In this document: positions 35,027-43,668 of the stretch, in pieces
Layout of the letters: each line of letters begins with the position of its first letter
How positions within the stretch are numbered: the first letter of the stretch is position 1
IMG/VR virus record: IMGVR_UViG_3300030037_000008
Location: 47,072 to 111,071 of that record
Direction: 5' to 3' (one strand)
Source of the DNA: a virus
Lineage: Duplodnaviria > Heunggongvirae > Uroviricota > Caudoviricetes
Length of the DNA: 64,000 bases
Notes under the pieces: model-generated
Seen by the model: the letters and a program-made list of their open reading frames with translations, nothing else
What the model was told of the DNA's origin: nothing
The model's database searches: none
Made by a program: the position numbers and the translations under genes

Positions 35027-35821
35027 TTAGTTTCGTGATTGTGTGATGCCTACACCAATGATAATTAGAATAAGGATTACTAAAACAATCGCCATTCCAT
35101 TTCCACTGGAAGTTCGGTGCACTACTACTGGTTGTTGTTGATGATGTACTGGAGCATAGATAGGAGCTGGTTGAACATAATATCCTGCGTTTCTCATAAG
35201 AATAGCAGTCATTGCTACATCAGCTAGAGAGTTATATGGAGAGAAGATTCCGCCATGATGATAACCGTATGAGAGAGTAACGGGGTTCCATCTTACATCG
35301 TAACTTCTACCACCTGATGAGTAAGTAGAAGGAATGTGGCTAGGTCGAGTTGCTGGTTTAGTTGCATAGGTTGATTTGTATTTAGTAGCATTTTTAGATT
35401 TGAAATCTGCCATGGCAGCTTTCTTGGTTTTGAATGAAGTACCAGAGGCTTTGGCCTTAGCTGCTAATTTAGCATCAGCTGGACTCAATTTCTTTGGTGG
35501 CATTAATTTCTTTTTAGGTGCAGGTTTTTTAACTGCAGTTGGAGTCTTTTTGACTGATGTTTTAGGGGCGGTTGTTTTTGGTTTTGTTGCATATCCAGAT
35601 GAAGCGGACTTTCGTGGAGCAGGTGTTGCTTTTGGTTTGGGTTTTGCTACCGGCTTTGCTTTGTACGGTGTGGATTTTGGTTTAGATGCCCGGTAAGGAC
35701 TGGATGAACTCGATCGTGATGAACTTGAGCGAGATGAAGAGGAGCCACGTTTAGCTTCTACGGAGGGAGCAATAAGAATTGCGAATGCGATAGCAAATGT
35801 TGCTAGTAGGTTTTTAACCAT
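35027..35821 (-). CDS. secreted/membrane-anchored low-complexity Ser/Lys/Pro/Ala/Thr-rich protein (264 aa)
   Basis: N-terminal signal peptide LLATFAIAFAILIAPSVEA. Long basic low-complexity core (SSSSRSSSSRSSSSS, KPKPKATPAPRK, AKLAAKAKA). C-terminal TM helix MAIVLVILILIIIGVGI. The coding DNA is locally GC-richer than the rest of the window. Confidence 0.5.
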   Translation of the reverse strand: MVKNLLATFAIAFAILIAPSVEAKRGSSSSRSSSSRSSSSSPYRASKPKSTPYKAKPVAKPKPKATPAPRKSASSGYATKPKTTAPKTSVKKTPTAVKKPAPKKKLMPPKKLSPADAKLAAKAKASGTSFKTKKAAMADFKSKNATKYKSTYATKPATRPSHIPSTYSSGGRSYDVRWNPVTLSYGYHHGGIFSPYNSLADVAMTAILMRNAGYYVQPAPIYAPVHHQQQPVVVHRTSSGNGMAIVLVILILIIIGVGITQSRN

Positions 35822-35868
35822 TTGTATATTCCTTTTTGTTTTTTTTTGTTTTTTTGTTTTTGTGAAAA

Positions 35869-36153
35869 TTATTTTGAATAGTTGTAGTAAAATCTTACAA
35901 TGTTACTGAATTGACTTGCATCATTAGAAGCACCGTAAGGATTCTGTAAGTACATGTTACAGTAGCTTGAGTTAATTTCAAGTAGAGTTTCTTTAGTTGA
36001 TCTAGATCCAACTTGTGAAGCATTACTAATAATATCAATTCCTAAATCATACTCACCTTTACATGTTGAAATAGAAGTTTTAGATTCAGAGTAGCAATCA
36101 GTTTGGATATTGTTGTCTTTCAGATGTTTTAAAACTTCTTGTAAATTTTTCAT
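35869..36153 (-). CDS. hypothetical small protein (94 aa)
   Basis: ORF downstream of the promoter cassette at 36194-36222. Confidence 0.4.
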   Translation of the reverse strand: MKNLQEVLKHLKDNNIQTDCYSESKTSISTCKGEYDLGIDIISNASQVGSRSTKETLLEINSSYCNMYLQNPYGASNDASQFSNIVRFYYNYSK

Positions 36154-36193
36154 ATTGTAAAGATTCCGTTAAGTTGTAATAAGTTGATATTAG

Positions 36194-36222
36194 AAGATAT
36201 ACCAATTTTAGTTATTGTACAA
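36194..36222 (-). promoter_or_regulatory. early promoter cassette AAAGTGATTGTACA-N17-TATCTT
   Basis: Reverse complement of gtacaa (36217-36222) and aagata (36194-36199). Confidence 0.45.
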
Positions 36223-36263
36223 TCACTTTACCATAAAATTTTAATTTATTTTTTACCTCATAC

Positions 36264-36617
36264 TTAGTCATACATTTCTTCTACTGCTACAGGGTTAACT
36301 GGAAGGCAATCTAAACTTTGCCATGCGACTATATTTTCATGAATACATGGCCCACAATCACTAATTGATCCTCTATCATCGTGATCATATCCAAGAAGAT
36401 AACGTTCAACTTTTTTATCATCAGTAGAATGCAATAGAGGCGTGTCTATATGTCTAACATCACCAAGTCTTCCTAAGACAACTATACCTGATGATAACGC
36501 AAGTACTACATTATCACCAAGTGGCGGAAGGTTCTTATCTTTAAATGCTACTGAATCTTTTTCTACAATGATTGTATGAGATAGAGTACCTAAGATGTAA
36601 TTCCATTCATACTTCAT
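36264..36617 (-). CDS. hypothetical protein (117 aa)
   Basis: ORF only. Confidence 0.4.
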   Translation of the reverse strand: MKYEWNYILGTLSHTIIVEKDSVAFKDKNLPPLGDNVVLALSSGIVVLGRLGDVRHIDTPLLHSTDDKKVERYLLGYDHDDRGSISDCGPCIHENIVAWQSLDCLPVNPVAVEEMYD

Positions 36618-36820
36618 TAGTCAATTTCCTTCAATTCGAATTTAGCTAACTTAGCATCAGGAAAGCCATGTGATTTAACATAGTTAAGTTTCTTCTGAGC
36701 AAATACTTCTTTAACATAGAGTTGACCATTCTGAGTCCATGCGATGTATGAATACTTTCCTTTGTCGAAATAGAGATCTTCATCAGGACTCTTCTTTACT
36801 TTGAATAGAATTTGAGACAT
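36617..36820 (-). CDS. hypothetical small protein (67 aa)
   Basis: ORF only. Confidence 0.35.
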   Translation of the reverse strand: MSQILFKVKKSPDEDLYFDKGKYSYIAWTQNGQLYVKEVFAQKKLNYVKSHGFPDAKLAKFELKEID

Positions 36821-37197
36821 TATAAAGCCTCCATTGATATTTTGATGGGCTTTACTACTACACCTTTAATTTCTGCTGAACATATGTCAGCGAACTTTCT
36901 ATGTTGGGCTGCTTTCCATTCTTCACTTTCATTAGCATAGTACTCGTCGTTTGAATCGATTTTCTTAATACATTCTTCTGCTCTTTTAAATGCAGGTAAT
37001 GAATTTGATTTAAGTAACTTATTAAGTCTTTTGCATGCTTTATTAGCATTAGCTTTACTTACATAGAATGACTTGTCTGAAAGTGTATAGAAATCTGCAT
37101 ACTGAGATATTAGGCGTGTCTCATCACAGGAATCTTTGAATGCCAGCACATACATGGTTATTTCTAATTCCATTTTACTATCCTTGACATCTGTCAA
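36820..37197 (-). CDS. hypothetical protein (125 aa)
   Basis: ORF only. Confidence 0.4.
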   Translation of the reverse strand: MTDVKDSKMELEITMYVLAFKDSCDETRLISQYADFYTLSDKSFYVSKANANKACKRLNKLLKSNSLPAFKRAEECIKKIDSNDEYYANESEEWKAAQHRKFADICSAEIKGVVVKPIKISMEAL

Positions 37198-37480
37198 TTA
37201 TCTGTTGTTTGAATTCTTTATAAGAATAGTTAAATTCATCTTTGTCAATTACTTCTACTAAGATGTTAACGGATGATTCCATGTAGACTACGTTACTAAC
37301 TACTTCACAACCTTCTAAAAGGTAAGTAGCTTTTATAGCTTCATGCCTATAAAGATAAGCTGCATCGTACTGAGATAGATTTTTAAATTTAGCATGCTTT
37401 CCTGTAATACGGATGATACCCATTCCAGTTAAACTATCAAGTTCTTTGCTAATACCGAATCTGTTTGATGTTCTAGACAT
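37178..37480 (-). CDS. hypothetical protein (100 aa)
   Basis: ORF with RBS AAAGGAGTAGCAC-ATG, downstream of the promoter cassette at 37507-37535. Confidence 0.45.
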   Translation of the reverse strand: MSRTSNRFGISKELDSLTGMGIIRITGKHAKFKNLSQYDAAYLYRHEAIKATYLLEGCEVVSNVVYMESSVNILVEVIDKDEFNYSYKEFKQQIIDRCQG

Positions 37481-37506
37481 GTGCTACTCCTTTAGTTGAT
37501 AGATAT

Positions 37507-37535
37507 AAGATACTCTACATTTAGGAGATGTACAA
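37507..37535 (-). promoter_or_regulatory. early promoter cassette AAAGTGATTGTACA-N17-TATCTT
   Basis: Reverse complement of gtacaa (37530-37535) and aagata (37507-37512). Confidence 0.45.
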
Positions 37536-37547
37536 TCACTTTAGGAA

Positions 37548-38048
37548 TTAAAATGGAATATCATCTTGAGCTATATCATTGATGTTGTGAAGACTTGATC
37601 GAATAGGAACTTCTTCTACTTTAACATCTACTAAATGATCATCTTCTTGAGCATCACCAGATAACCATCTGTCTTGTACAAATCTATTCTGAGTGTTTTC
37701 ATGCTCATGTAGATTGTTAATCTCTTCAGCAAATGTTTGATTCCATTTATGATTAAGATCATCCATCTTCTTGATAAATTGAATAGCAGATCTAAGATCA
37801 TTCATGTTAGTTTGCTTAGTAGGATCAGGTTTAAGTTTATTTGATACGCCACATCCCATACAATGGTATATGTCTTTTCTTGGAGTTATTCTTAGACTAG
37901 GAGTTCTTTCGTTATGAAATGGGCATATTGCTAAATAGTGTCCATCACCCTGTCTCTTTACTGGAAGATCCTTAATGAATGTTGGGATAATTTCTGATCC
38001 TTTGAATGGCTTTAAGAATCTCTTTCTACTTCTAATATAAAATTTCAT
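37548..38048 (-). CDS. CHC2-type (DnaG-primase-like) zinc-finger protein, 166 aa, no primase catalytic domain
   Basis: CPFHNERTPSLRI..YHCMGCGVSN matches the DnaG N-terminal zinc-ribbon signature CPFHxExTPSF...hCFGCG. Confidence 0.45.
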   Translation of the reverse strand: MKFYIRSRKRFLKPFKGSEIIPTFIKDLPVKRQGDGHYLAICPFHNERTPSLRITPRKDIYHCMGCGVSNKLKPDPTKQTNMNDLRSAIQFIKKMDDLNHKWNQTFAEEINNLHEHENTQNRFVQDRWLSGDAQEDDHLVDVKVEEVPIRSSLHNINDIAQDDIPF

Positions 38049-38296
38049 TTCTTTTCCTTTTTGTTAAAGAATCTTCTAACTGTGTATCCTCTAATAAAGC
38101 TTACTACAGAAAATCCTAAGCACATAGCAAAGTTCTGATTCATAGTAGATTCTACTCCACATAACGGGAGTATTAACAACTGAGCATAAAATGATATTAT
38201 GAATCCACTACAGATGTTAACAAGAGATTCTTTTGCTGATTCGAATTTAGTTTGCATTTGTGTTAGTTCTAATATGTGGTAGAACTTTATTATCAA
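38045..38296 (-). CDS. small membrane protein (83 aa)
   Basis: Hydrophobic core ICSGFIISFYAQLLILPLCGV. Confidence 0.35.
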   Translation of the reverse strand: MIIKFYHILELTQMQTKFESAKESLVNICSGFIISFYAQLLILPLCGVESTMNQNFAMCLGFSVVSFIRGYTVRRFFNKKEKK

Positions 38297-38477
38297 TTAC
38301 TTCTACCGTGTCCGACGGACAGTCACCAATTCTGCCATATTGATCGACATATCTAATATTGTCTTCCACCTTGCTTGAATTGCTATTTCTCTCGAATTTA
38401 TAAATGTCAATGATAGTTATGACTTCGTCGTATCTTCCATACTTGTCGTTTTTAATCTTTGCTAATATGTTTAACAT
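38247..38477 (-). CDS. hypothetical small protein (76 aa)
   Basis: ORF; ATG immediately follows the terminator-like hairpin and AAAAGGGAAAAACC RBS. Confidence 0.4.
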   Translation of the reverse strand: MLNILAKIKNDKYGRYDEVITIIDIYKFERNSNSSKVEDNIRYVDQYGRIGDCPSDTVEVIDNKVLPHIRTNTNAN

Positions 38478-38486
38478 GGTTTTTCC

Positions 38487-38537
38487 CTTTTAAAATGAAA
38501 GGTGGAAGATACAAATGAATGTACGCTTTCCACCCCT
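38487..38537 (-). terminator. rho-independent terminator candidate (stem GGUGGAAG/CUUCCACC with a one-base bulge, ~17-nt loop, then UUUCAUUUUAAAA) downstream of 38661..38993
   Basis: Inverted repeat ggtggaag (38501-38508) / ctttccacc (38526-38534). The T-run on the minus strand is the plus-strand aaaatgaaa at 38492-38500. Confidence 0.35.
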
Positions 38538-38660
38538 ATTGATTTGTTGCAGATCCGCCATAGAGGAGAGAAGACACTACAATCTTAACACTGTTAAGAT
38601 CTACTAGATTTTCAAACGTACTTCGAATCTAATTAGTAATAAACAACTTTTTATAATTTA

Positions 38661-38993
38661 TTATTCTTCCTCATCCTTTTTGTCTAAGTCGAAGCGTTCA
38701 GCTTCTAATAATCTTGCATAGCCAGGAGATACTAATTCATGCTTTAAGTAGTACATGAAATCATCACCACATTCCAATTCATCAAAGAACATAGTGATGA
38801 CATCTCGTGCATCGAAATCATCAAATCTGGTGTAAGTCATTAACTTAGCTTCTTCATCAGCATGGTGCATTACCACTCTGAAGAATTCTTTACTTTCTAA
38901 TAAGAAGTCTATTAAACGTTGCTTTTCCTCTGAGAATTCGCGTTCATCTTTTCTTCTTTCATATTCTGCAAATACTGACGATTTAAGTAACAT
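38661..38993 (-). CDS. acidic hypothetical protein (110 aa)
   Basis: ORF only. Confidence 0.4.
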   Translation of the reverse strand: MLLKSSVFAEYERRKDEREFSEEKQRLIDFLLESKEFFRVVMHHADEEAKLMTYTRFDDFDARDVITMFFDELECGDDFMYYLKHELVSPGYARLLEAERFDLDKKDEEE

Positions 38994-39076
38994 AATGTTG
39001 ATCCTTTATTTAGTTGATAGTCTTAGTATAAACCAACTAACAGGAAAGTAAACCGCTATACAGAAATAAATTGCAA

Positions 39077-39367
39077 TTATTCTTTCTCCTCTAATAATTT
39101 ACATTGAACTTCAAATCCAGATAATCCAGTGAGACCACTTACCCAATCTATTAATACTTCTCTTTCTTCAGTAAGAAACTTGAGTTCAGTATCATTTTCA
39201 TGAAGTTCATCAAGTATAGATTGCTTATATTCAGATTCATTCTCTTTGCTTAGTCCTACATAGAACATAGGAGGTAAGTCATCAGGAATAGGATCTATAT
39301 AATTGGAGAAGTAACTTTTAATCTTTTTCATCTTTATTTCCTGATGCTTTAATTTTTTTATAAACAT
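39077..39367 (-). CDS. hypothetical small protein (96 aa)
   Basis: ORF only. Confidence 0.4.
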   Translation of the reverse strand: MFIKKLKHQEIKMKKIKSYFSNYIDPIPDDLPPMFYVGLSKENESEYKQSILDELHENDTELKFLTEEREVLIDWVSGLTGLSGFEVQCKLLEEKE

Positions 39368-39554
39368 AAATTATTAATTTATTTAACCAAAATGCAATCC
39401 AACCAAGGAATCCTATAGAGTTAATTAGCAGTTTTTGTTTTAATGTCGGAGGCTTCATATCAGGAAAGGACCATAAAGTATTAACTACAAATCCAATTGC
39501 TAATGAAGTTCCACAAAAAATAATTGTACATGCTATTATCGTATAGAATTCCAT
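39318..39554 (-). CDS. small membrane protein (78 aa, 2 TM)
   Basis: IIACTIIFCGTSLAIGFVV and LINSIGFLGWIAFWL. Confidence 0.4.
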   Translation of the reverse strand: MEFYTIIACTIIFCGTSLAIGFVVNTLWSFPDMKPPTLKQKLLINSIGFLGWIAFWLNKLIIYVYKKIKASGNKDEKD

Positions 39555-39563
39555 GATTGTCTC

Positions 39564-41048
39564 TTAGGTTGTTGCTACGTTGTGGCGAATCTCTTTATAA
39601 GAGTATTTCTTTAAGAGCACTCCATTTTCAAAGATAGGTACCATGAGATCTTCCAATTCAGGATACTCTTCTAATCTTACAGTAGTAATCACACCATCAA
39701 TTTTGACATTTTTAAGTCTGCCTCTCATAGAAGCTTTTGACTTATCTGCAGGTTCTTTGTAAACATCATGCCAATCTTCGCCAATCTTACGTTGTGCACT
39801 ACATTTGAAAGCAGAGCGCTGAGAGTCTCTATTTCCTGATGCCAAGTGGAGATTACCACCTTGTCCAACTAAGCAATTCTCCGCTGACCATTTATTCTCT
39901 AAGAGCATGTCATAGATGTTAATGATGTCATCATCTTTAAGACCGTCACCGTAAATGCATCCAACTGACGGGTGCAATACTTTATAGCCTTTATCATTTG
40001 TAGTATAACCAAATGTTTCTGATAGAGTTTCTACAATCCATAGTACTTGATCTTCTGCAGTGTCGCCCTTGAATCTTGGTGAATCCGGACGAACTACAAA
40101 TTTAGTAAGTGAATCTTTTGGGGCATGTTCCCAACGTTTAATGATAGCATCTTTGAAGGTGCCACATATCATGTTAGTTAGAGTTTCAACTACACCATAA
40201 GAATCTGATACATAACTGAGTACACCAGTAGGACTAACTTTGATGTTATGTGCCATGACAAGATGTTCTTTGCCTTTGCCTTCTGATGTAGTAATGCTGT
40301 GTTCATTTGCTCGTACTGAAAAGCAATAAGGTTCATTAATGAAGTCACCTTCATAGTGGCCATCGATCATATCAAGTGTCGGACCTAATGTGTCAGTACC
40401 CATTCCACCCGCTAGAATGTGAGCTGCTCCACAAATGGCAGCTTGTTCGTAACAGCTTGATCCTCTCATTCCAAAATCATGGAGCATAAATGGAGCAACA
40501 TCTTCAGCATAGTCACAACTTTCTTGAAGAGCTTTAAGAATAATCTTTTGTGTTACAGCTGACTTAGTAATTGTAAGACTGCCACCCCAAACCCATGTTG
40601 AAATTGTTTCAAAGTGATTAGTGATATCACGGAAAGCATCTAATGAAAGATTATCAGGATCCATGTTCTCTACTACAAATAAAGCATTACCTTTTCCTAC
40701 TGGTACAGCTACACCTTCAGGCATTGCTTTAATACGGATAGATAGTTTGCCACCATTCAAATCAACCAATTCTTGCCATGGACGAAATTTGAATGCTTCT
40801 TCTAAAGGTTTATTGAAGTGAAGCGGAAGAACTAATTTAGCTTCATCGATATGCTCTTGGAATACTACTCTGCCTGCCATATATTCTTCAATAGTATATT
40901 GGAGACCCATGAGACGTGTGTGATCATATTGAGCACCGGGGCGAGATGCAAAGTATGCACTTACACCATTGACATTGTCAAATCGAAGGAAGGGTTGTTG
41001 CAATTTATACGAGTCGCTTCCTAGGATTAGGTTTTTCTGTTTACGCAT
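39564..41048 (-). CDS. nadV: nicotinamide phosphoribosyltransferase (NAMPT/NadV, NAD+ salvage)
   Basis: 494 aa with NAMPT-family blocks: GSDSYKLQQP (the N-terminal substrate-binding SxSYK), FMLHDFGMRGSS, SVRANEHSITTSEG and VVRPDSPRFKGD. Strong promoter (TTGTAC-N17-TATAAT) and RBS AAGGAGTTAAA-ATG upstream. Confidence 0.8.
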   Translation of the reverse strand: MRKQKNLILGSDSYKLQQPFLRFDNVNGVSAYFASRPGAQYDHTRLMGLQYTIEEYMAGRVVFQEHIDEAKLVLPLHFNKPLEEAFKFRPWQELVDLNGGKLSIRIKAMPEGVAVPVGKGNALFVVENMDPDNLSLDAFRDITNHFETISTWVWGGSLTITKSAVTQKIILKALQESCDYAEDVAPFMLHDFGMRGSSCYEQAAICGAAHILAGGMGTDTLGPTLDMIDGHYEGDFINEPYCFSVRANEHSITTSEGKGKEHLVMAHNIKVSPTGVLSYVSDSYGVVETLTNMICGTFKDAIIKRWEHAPKDSLTKFVVRPDSPRFKGDTAEDQVLWIVETLSETFGYTTNDKGYKVLHPSVGCIYGDGLKDDDIINIYDMLLENKWSAENCLVGQGGNLHLASGNRDSQRSAFKCSAQRKIGEDWHDVYKEPADKSKASMRGRLKNVKIDGVITTVRLEEYPELEDLMVPIFENGVLLKKYSYKEIRHNVATT

Positions 41049-41081
41049 TTTAACTCCTTTTAGTTTATTTACGTTATATCA

Positions 41082-41110
41082 ATTATAATACAACAATAAA
41101 GATTGTACAA
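41082..41110 (-). promoter_or_regulatory. sigma70-type promoter TTGTAC-N17-TATAAT driving nadV; the -35 lies in the palindrome ATTGTACAAT of a divergent intergenic region
   Basis: Reverse complement of gtacaa (41105-41110) and attata (41082-41087). Confidence 0.5.
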
Positions 41111-41127
41111 TTAAATATCAATAAATA

Positions 41128-41156
41128 GTGTACATTTTTATTTGTGGTGGTATCTT
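41128..41156 (+). promoter_or_regulatory. plus-strand promoter GTGTAC-N17-TATCTT for the 41186-44779 plus-strand island
   Basis: gtgtac at 41128-41133 and tatctt at 41151-41156, then AAGGAATAACTAA-ATG. Confidence 0.4.
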
Positions 41157-41185
41157 GTTAATATTAACTAATAAGGAATAACTAA

Positions 41186-41731
41186 ATGACTAAAGAATAT
41201 TTGGAATGCATGTTTCAAGATAAAAAGAATTTACGATTAGATATTACATTCTTAGAAGCAAACATTAACACTTTTGAAGAGTGGTATCCTAAACATAAGA
41301 GAGTTGCACTATGTGGCAAAAATAGTATCGCATTAATCACAAAGGCTTTTTATTATTTCGATACATGGTTCTATAAGAGTTCTTATAACTACGAGTCATG
41401 GTCAGATAAGCTACCTGTATTCGCTGCTGATAAATTTGATAGATGGTGGGATGAAAAGCAATATGATATGATTGGATGTTGGAGTGTTTTAGTTCAACTG
41501 TGTCCTGAAAAGTTTGATATTTATTGGCCAGCACTCCAACGAGAACTTCTTATATCACTTAATGATCCGGAAATTCATACTATGTATGGAAGAAAGGAAG
41601 GTTACGTGACAATAGATAACGTAATAGGTCTTTTATCTAACGTACTTCCTAGTAAAATAGATACGTGGTATAGTGAAGAATGGTGCGATAAAACTAAACA
41701 TGAAATAATTATAGATAATTTATATAGTTGA
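41186..41731 (+). CDS. WFDP/WWD-repeat family protein
   Basis: FEEWYPKHKR, FDTWFYKSSY, FDRWWDEKQY, FDIYWPAL and IDTWYSEEW. C-terminus KTKHEIIIDNLYS. Confidence 0.6.
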   Translation: MTKEYLECMFQDKKNLRLDITFLEANINTFEEWYPKHKRVALCGKNSIALITKAFYYFDTWFYKSSYNYESWSDKLPVFAADKFDRWWDEKQYDMIGCWSVLVQLCPEKFDIYWPALQRELLISLNDPEIHTMYGRKEGYVTIDNVIGLLSNVLPSKIDTWYSEEWCDKTKHEIIIDNLYS

Positions 41732-41732
41732 G

Positions 41733-41761
41733 GTGTACATTAGCTTTTAGTGTAGTATTGT
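41733..41761 (+). promoter_or_regulatory. promoter-like GTGTAC-N17-TATTGT
   Basis: Same architecture as 41128-41156, upstream of 41793. Confidence 0.3.
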
Positions 41762-41792
41762 GTATAAACAATAAAACTAAGGAATATGAATT

Positions 41793-42185
41793 ATGTTTAA
41801 ACTTTTAAAGCTAATGTTTGGTCCAAATGAACCTAAGCCTAAGCAAAAGACAGTTGAAGTTGAACGTTATGAGCCAACTGAAAAACAACTCAATCATAAA
41901 GTAAAAGTTGAACCTGATATTGAAACTAAACCTGAACCATCAAACGATTATTGGATTGACTACTTTCCAGTTAGAGACAAACATTATCCACGTTACAAAC
42001 AATCATGGCTCAAAACATGTCATCAAACTGGTATCATTAAATTAGATAGTGATGAATTTTCTGGAATGCTTTATGGTGATGCATACTCTGGTGTAGAAGG
42101 TAAAGAACAGGCTATCAAAAAACTTAAAGAGTATCAAGAACAAGCAAACATTACATTACGTAAACGAATTGAGGTAGATATCTAA
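41793..42185 (+). CDS. hypothetical protein (130 aa)
   Basis: ORF with RBS AAGGAATATGAATT-ATG. Confidence 0.45.
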   Translation: MFKLLKLMFGPNEPKPKQKTVEVERYEPTEKQLNHKVKVEPDIETKPEPSNDYWIDYFPVRDKHYPRYKQSWLKTCHQTGIIKLDSDEFSGMLYGDAYSGVEGKEQAIKKLKEYQEQANITLRKRIEVDI

Positions 42186-42409
42186 TGGAAAATCCACCAA
42201 CCAAAGCAACAACACTGGTTATGATTAACCAAATGCTATCAGAAGTAACTGACCAAGAAGGTCTTAATTACATGGCTAAGTTTAAGTTCTTAGATGTCAG
42301 ACTTCAAATTGACACTACTATCTTAATGGCAAAGGTTTATAGTGTTGAACGAAAACGTGAAGAGTATCATACTCTTGGAGCTTATCTACTTAATGCAAAG
42401 GCTATCTGA
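42185..42409 (+). CDS. hypothetical small protein (74 aa)
   Basis: ATG overlaps the upstream stop (TAATGG). Confidence 0.4.
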   Translation: MENPPTKATTLVMINQMLSEVTDQEGLNYMAKFKFLDVRLQIDTTILMAKVYSVERKREEYHTLGAYLLNAKAI

Positions 42410-43668
42410 TGGATGCTACTAAATTTTTAAAGAAGTATAAAACTGATCAGATTGTAGATCTATCTAAGCTATTCAGTAATTGTAAACTCAGATTTGATTT
42501 AGATGAAGTTCTAAATTTACAGAAGATTACTAAAACGGTAGGATCCTCACATTTCAAAAATGTAATGGTATGTTTAGATCAACATAACATATCAGAAGAA
42601 ACTTTACTTCGTTGGAAAGAAAAGGGTGCACTTAAACAAGCAATTGATTTTTATGCTTCATTAATGTGTATTGAATTAGGATACGAAGAAGATTACTGGT
42701 GTGATATCTTAGATAAGTTAAGTAATGCACTTGATAACAAACCTTTATTAGCCAAGAAAAACACATCTTCTACTATTAAACTTAATGCAATGCAAATCAT
42801 TGTTACTAACAAAATAATGGAAGATACTAAATCTCTTGGTATTTCTGAAACTGCTACAAAGTACTTAAGCAATCCTACTCCTGCTACATGCTTTTTCTTA
42901 CATTACTCAGAAACTAACATATCTGTGGCTGATCTATTATCTCAGATATTTAGAAACTCGAGATCAAGTGGCGGCAAATGTGGAGACAGATATTTAAAAG
43001 GTAATGAAAGTATAGTCAAGAGTTTAGGCGTCCTAGCAATGTTACCATCAAACGATATTTATATGAGAACTTCTGGTAATGTATTCACTGAAATTAATAG
43101 AAGAGGTCGAACTGTTAACTTCCTTGACATTGAAACTAGAGCTGATGAAATTTCAGGAGGAAGTAATGCTAGAAGTAATTTCGCTAGACACTGCTACACT
43201 TCAGCATATAACTATGCTCTTACTGAATTTAACTCTACTGACATATTCTTTGCTCATGCTGCTAAGTATCAAAAGGATGATGATCTAAACAAGACCATGA
43301 CTCATTACTTACGATACATTAAGAGATGGAAACATGTTGATTTAGATGTGTTCTTCAGTAAGAACTTATTAAAGATTTTATCTCTTACTTTAGTAAATAA
43401 ATACGGAGATTATGGATTCCCTTTATATTCATATACAACTAATGTAATCCGTCAAGAATCTAAAGAGATTAGTGACTATATGCTAAACTTATTAGATGAT
43501 CATCCTTATATATCATGTGAAGTATTACATGCTCTCGTAGAATGCAAGAAGAAAGATGTGTATGTACCTGAAGTGATATTCGAATTCATAGACAACAATA
43601 AACGTGATTATAATTTAAAAGAATTGATAATACTAATTGTCAAGCAATCAAAGGATTTATATGCATAA
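42409..43668 (+). CDS. hypothetical protein (419 aa)
   Basis: Long ORF. Ends KDLYA. Confidence 0.5.
   Translation: MDATKFLKKYKTDQIVDLSKLFSNCKLRFDLDEVLNLQKITKTVGSSHFKNVMVCLDQHNISEETLLRWKEKGALKQAIDFYASLMCIELGYEEDYWCDILDKLSNALDNKPLLAKKNTSSTIKLNAMQIIVTNKIMEDTKSLGISETATKYLSNPTPATCFFLHYSETNISVADLLSQIFRNSRSSGGKCGDRYLKGNESIVKSLGVLAMLPSNDIYMRTSGNVFTEINRRGRTVNFLDIETRADEISGGSNARSNFARHCYTSAYNYALTEFNSTDIFFAHAAKYQKDDDLNKTMTHYLRYIKRWKHVDLDVFFSKNLLKILSLTLVNKYGDYGFPLYSYTTNVIRQESKEISDYMLNLLDDHPYISCEVLHALVECKKKDVYVPEVIFEFIDNNKRDYNLKELIILIVKQSKDLYA

Noticed and set aside
38600-38640. Possible tRNA suggested by a TTCGAATC T-loop-like heptamer (ACTTCGAATCT) in an ORF-free region
   Set aside because: The flanking bases cannot form the 5-bp T-stem (c...c mismatch). 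No acceptor or anticodon stem pairing could be built by eye on either strand. Needs tRNAscan to be sure, but no cloverleaf is evident.
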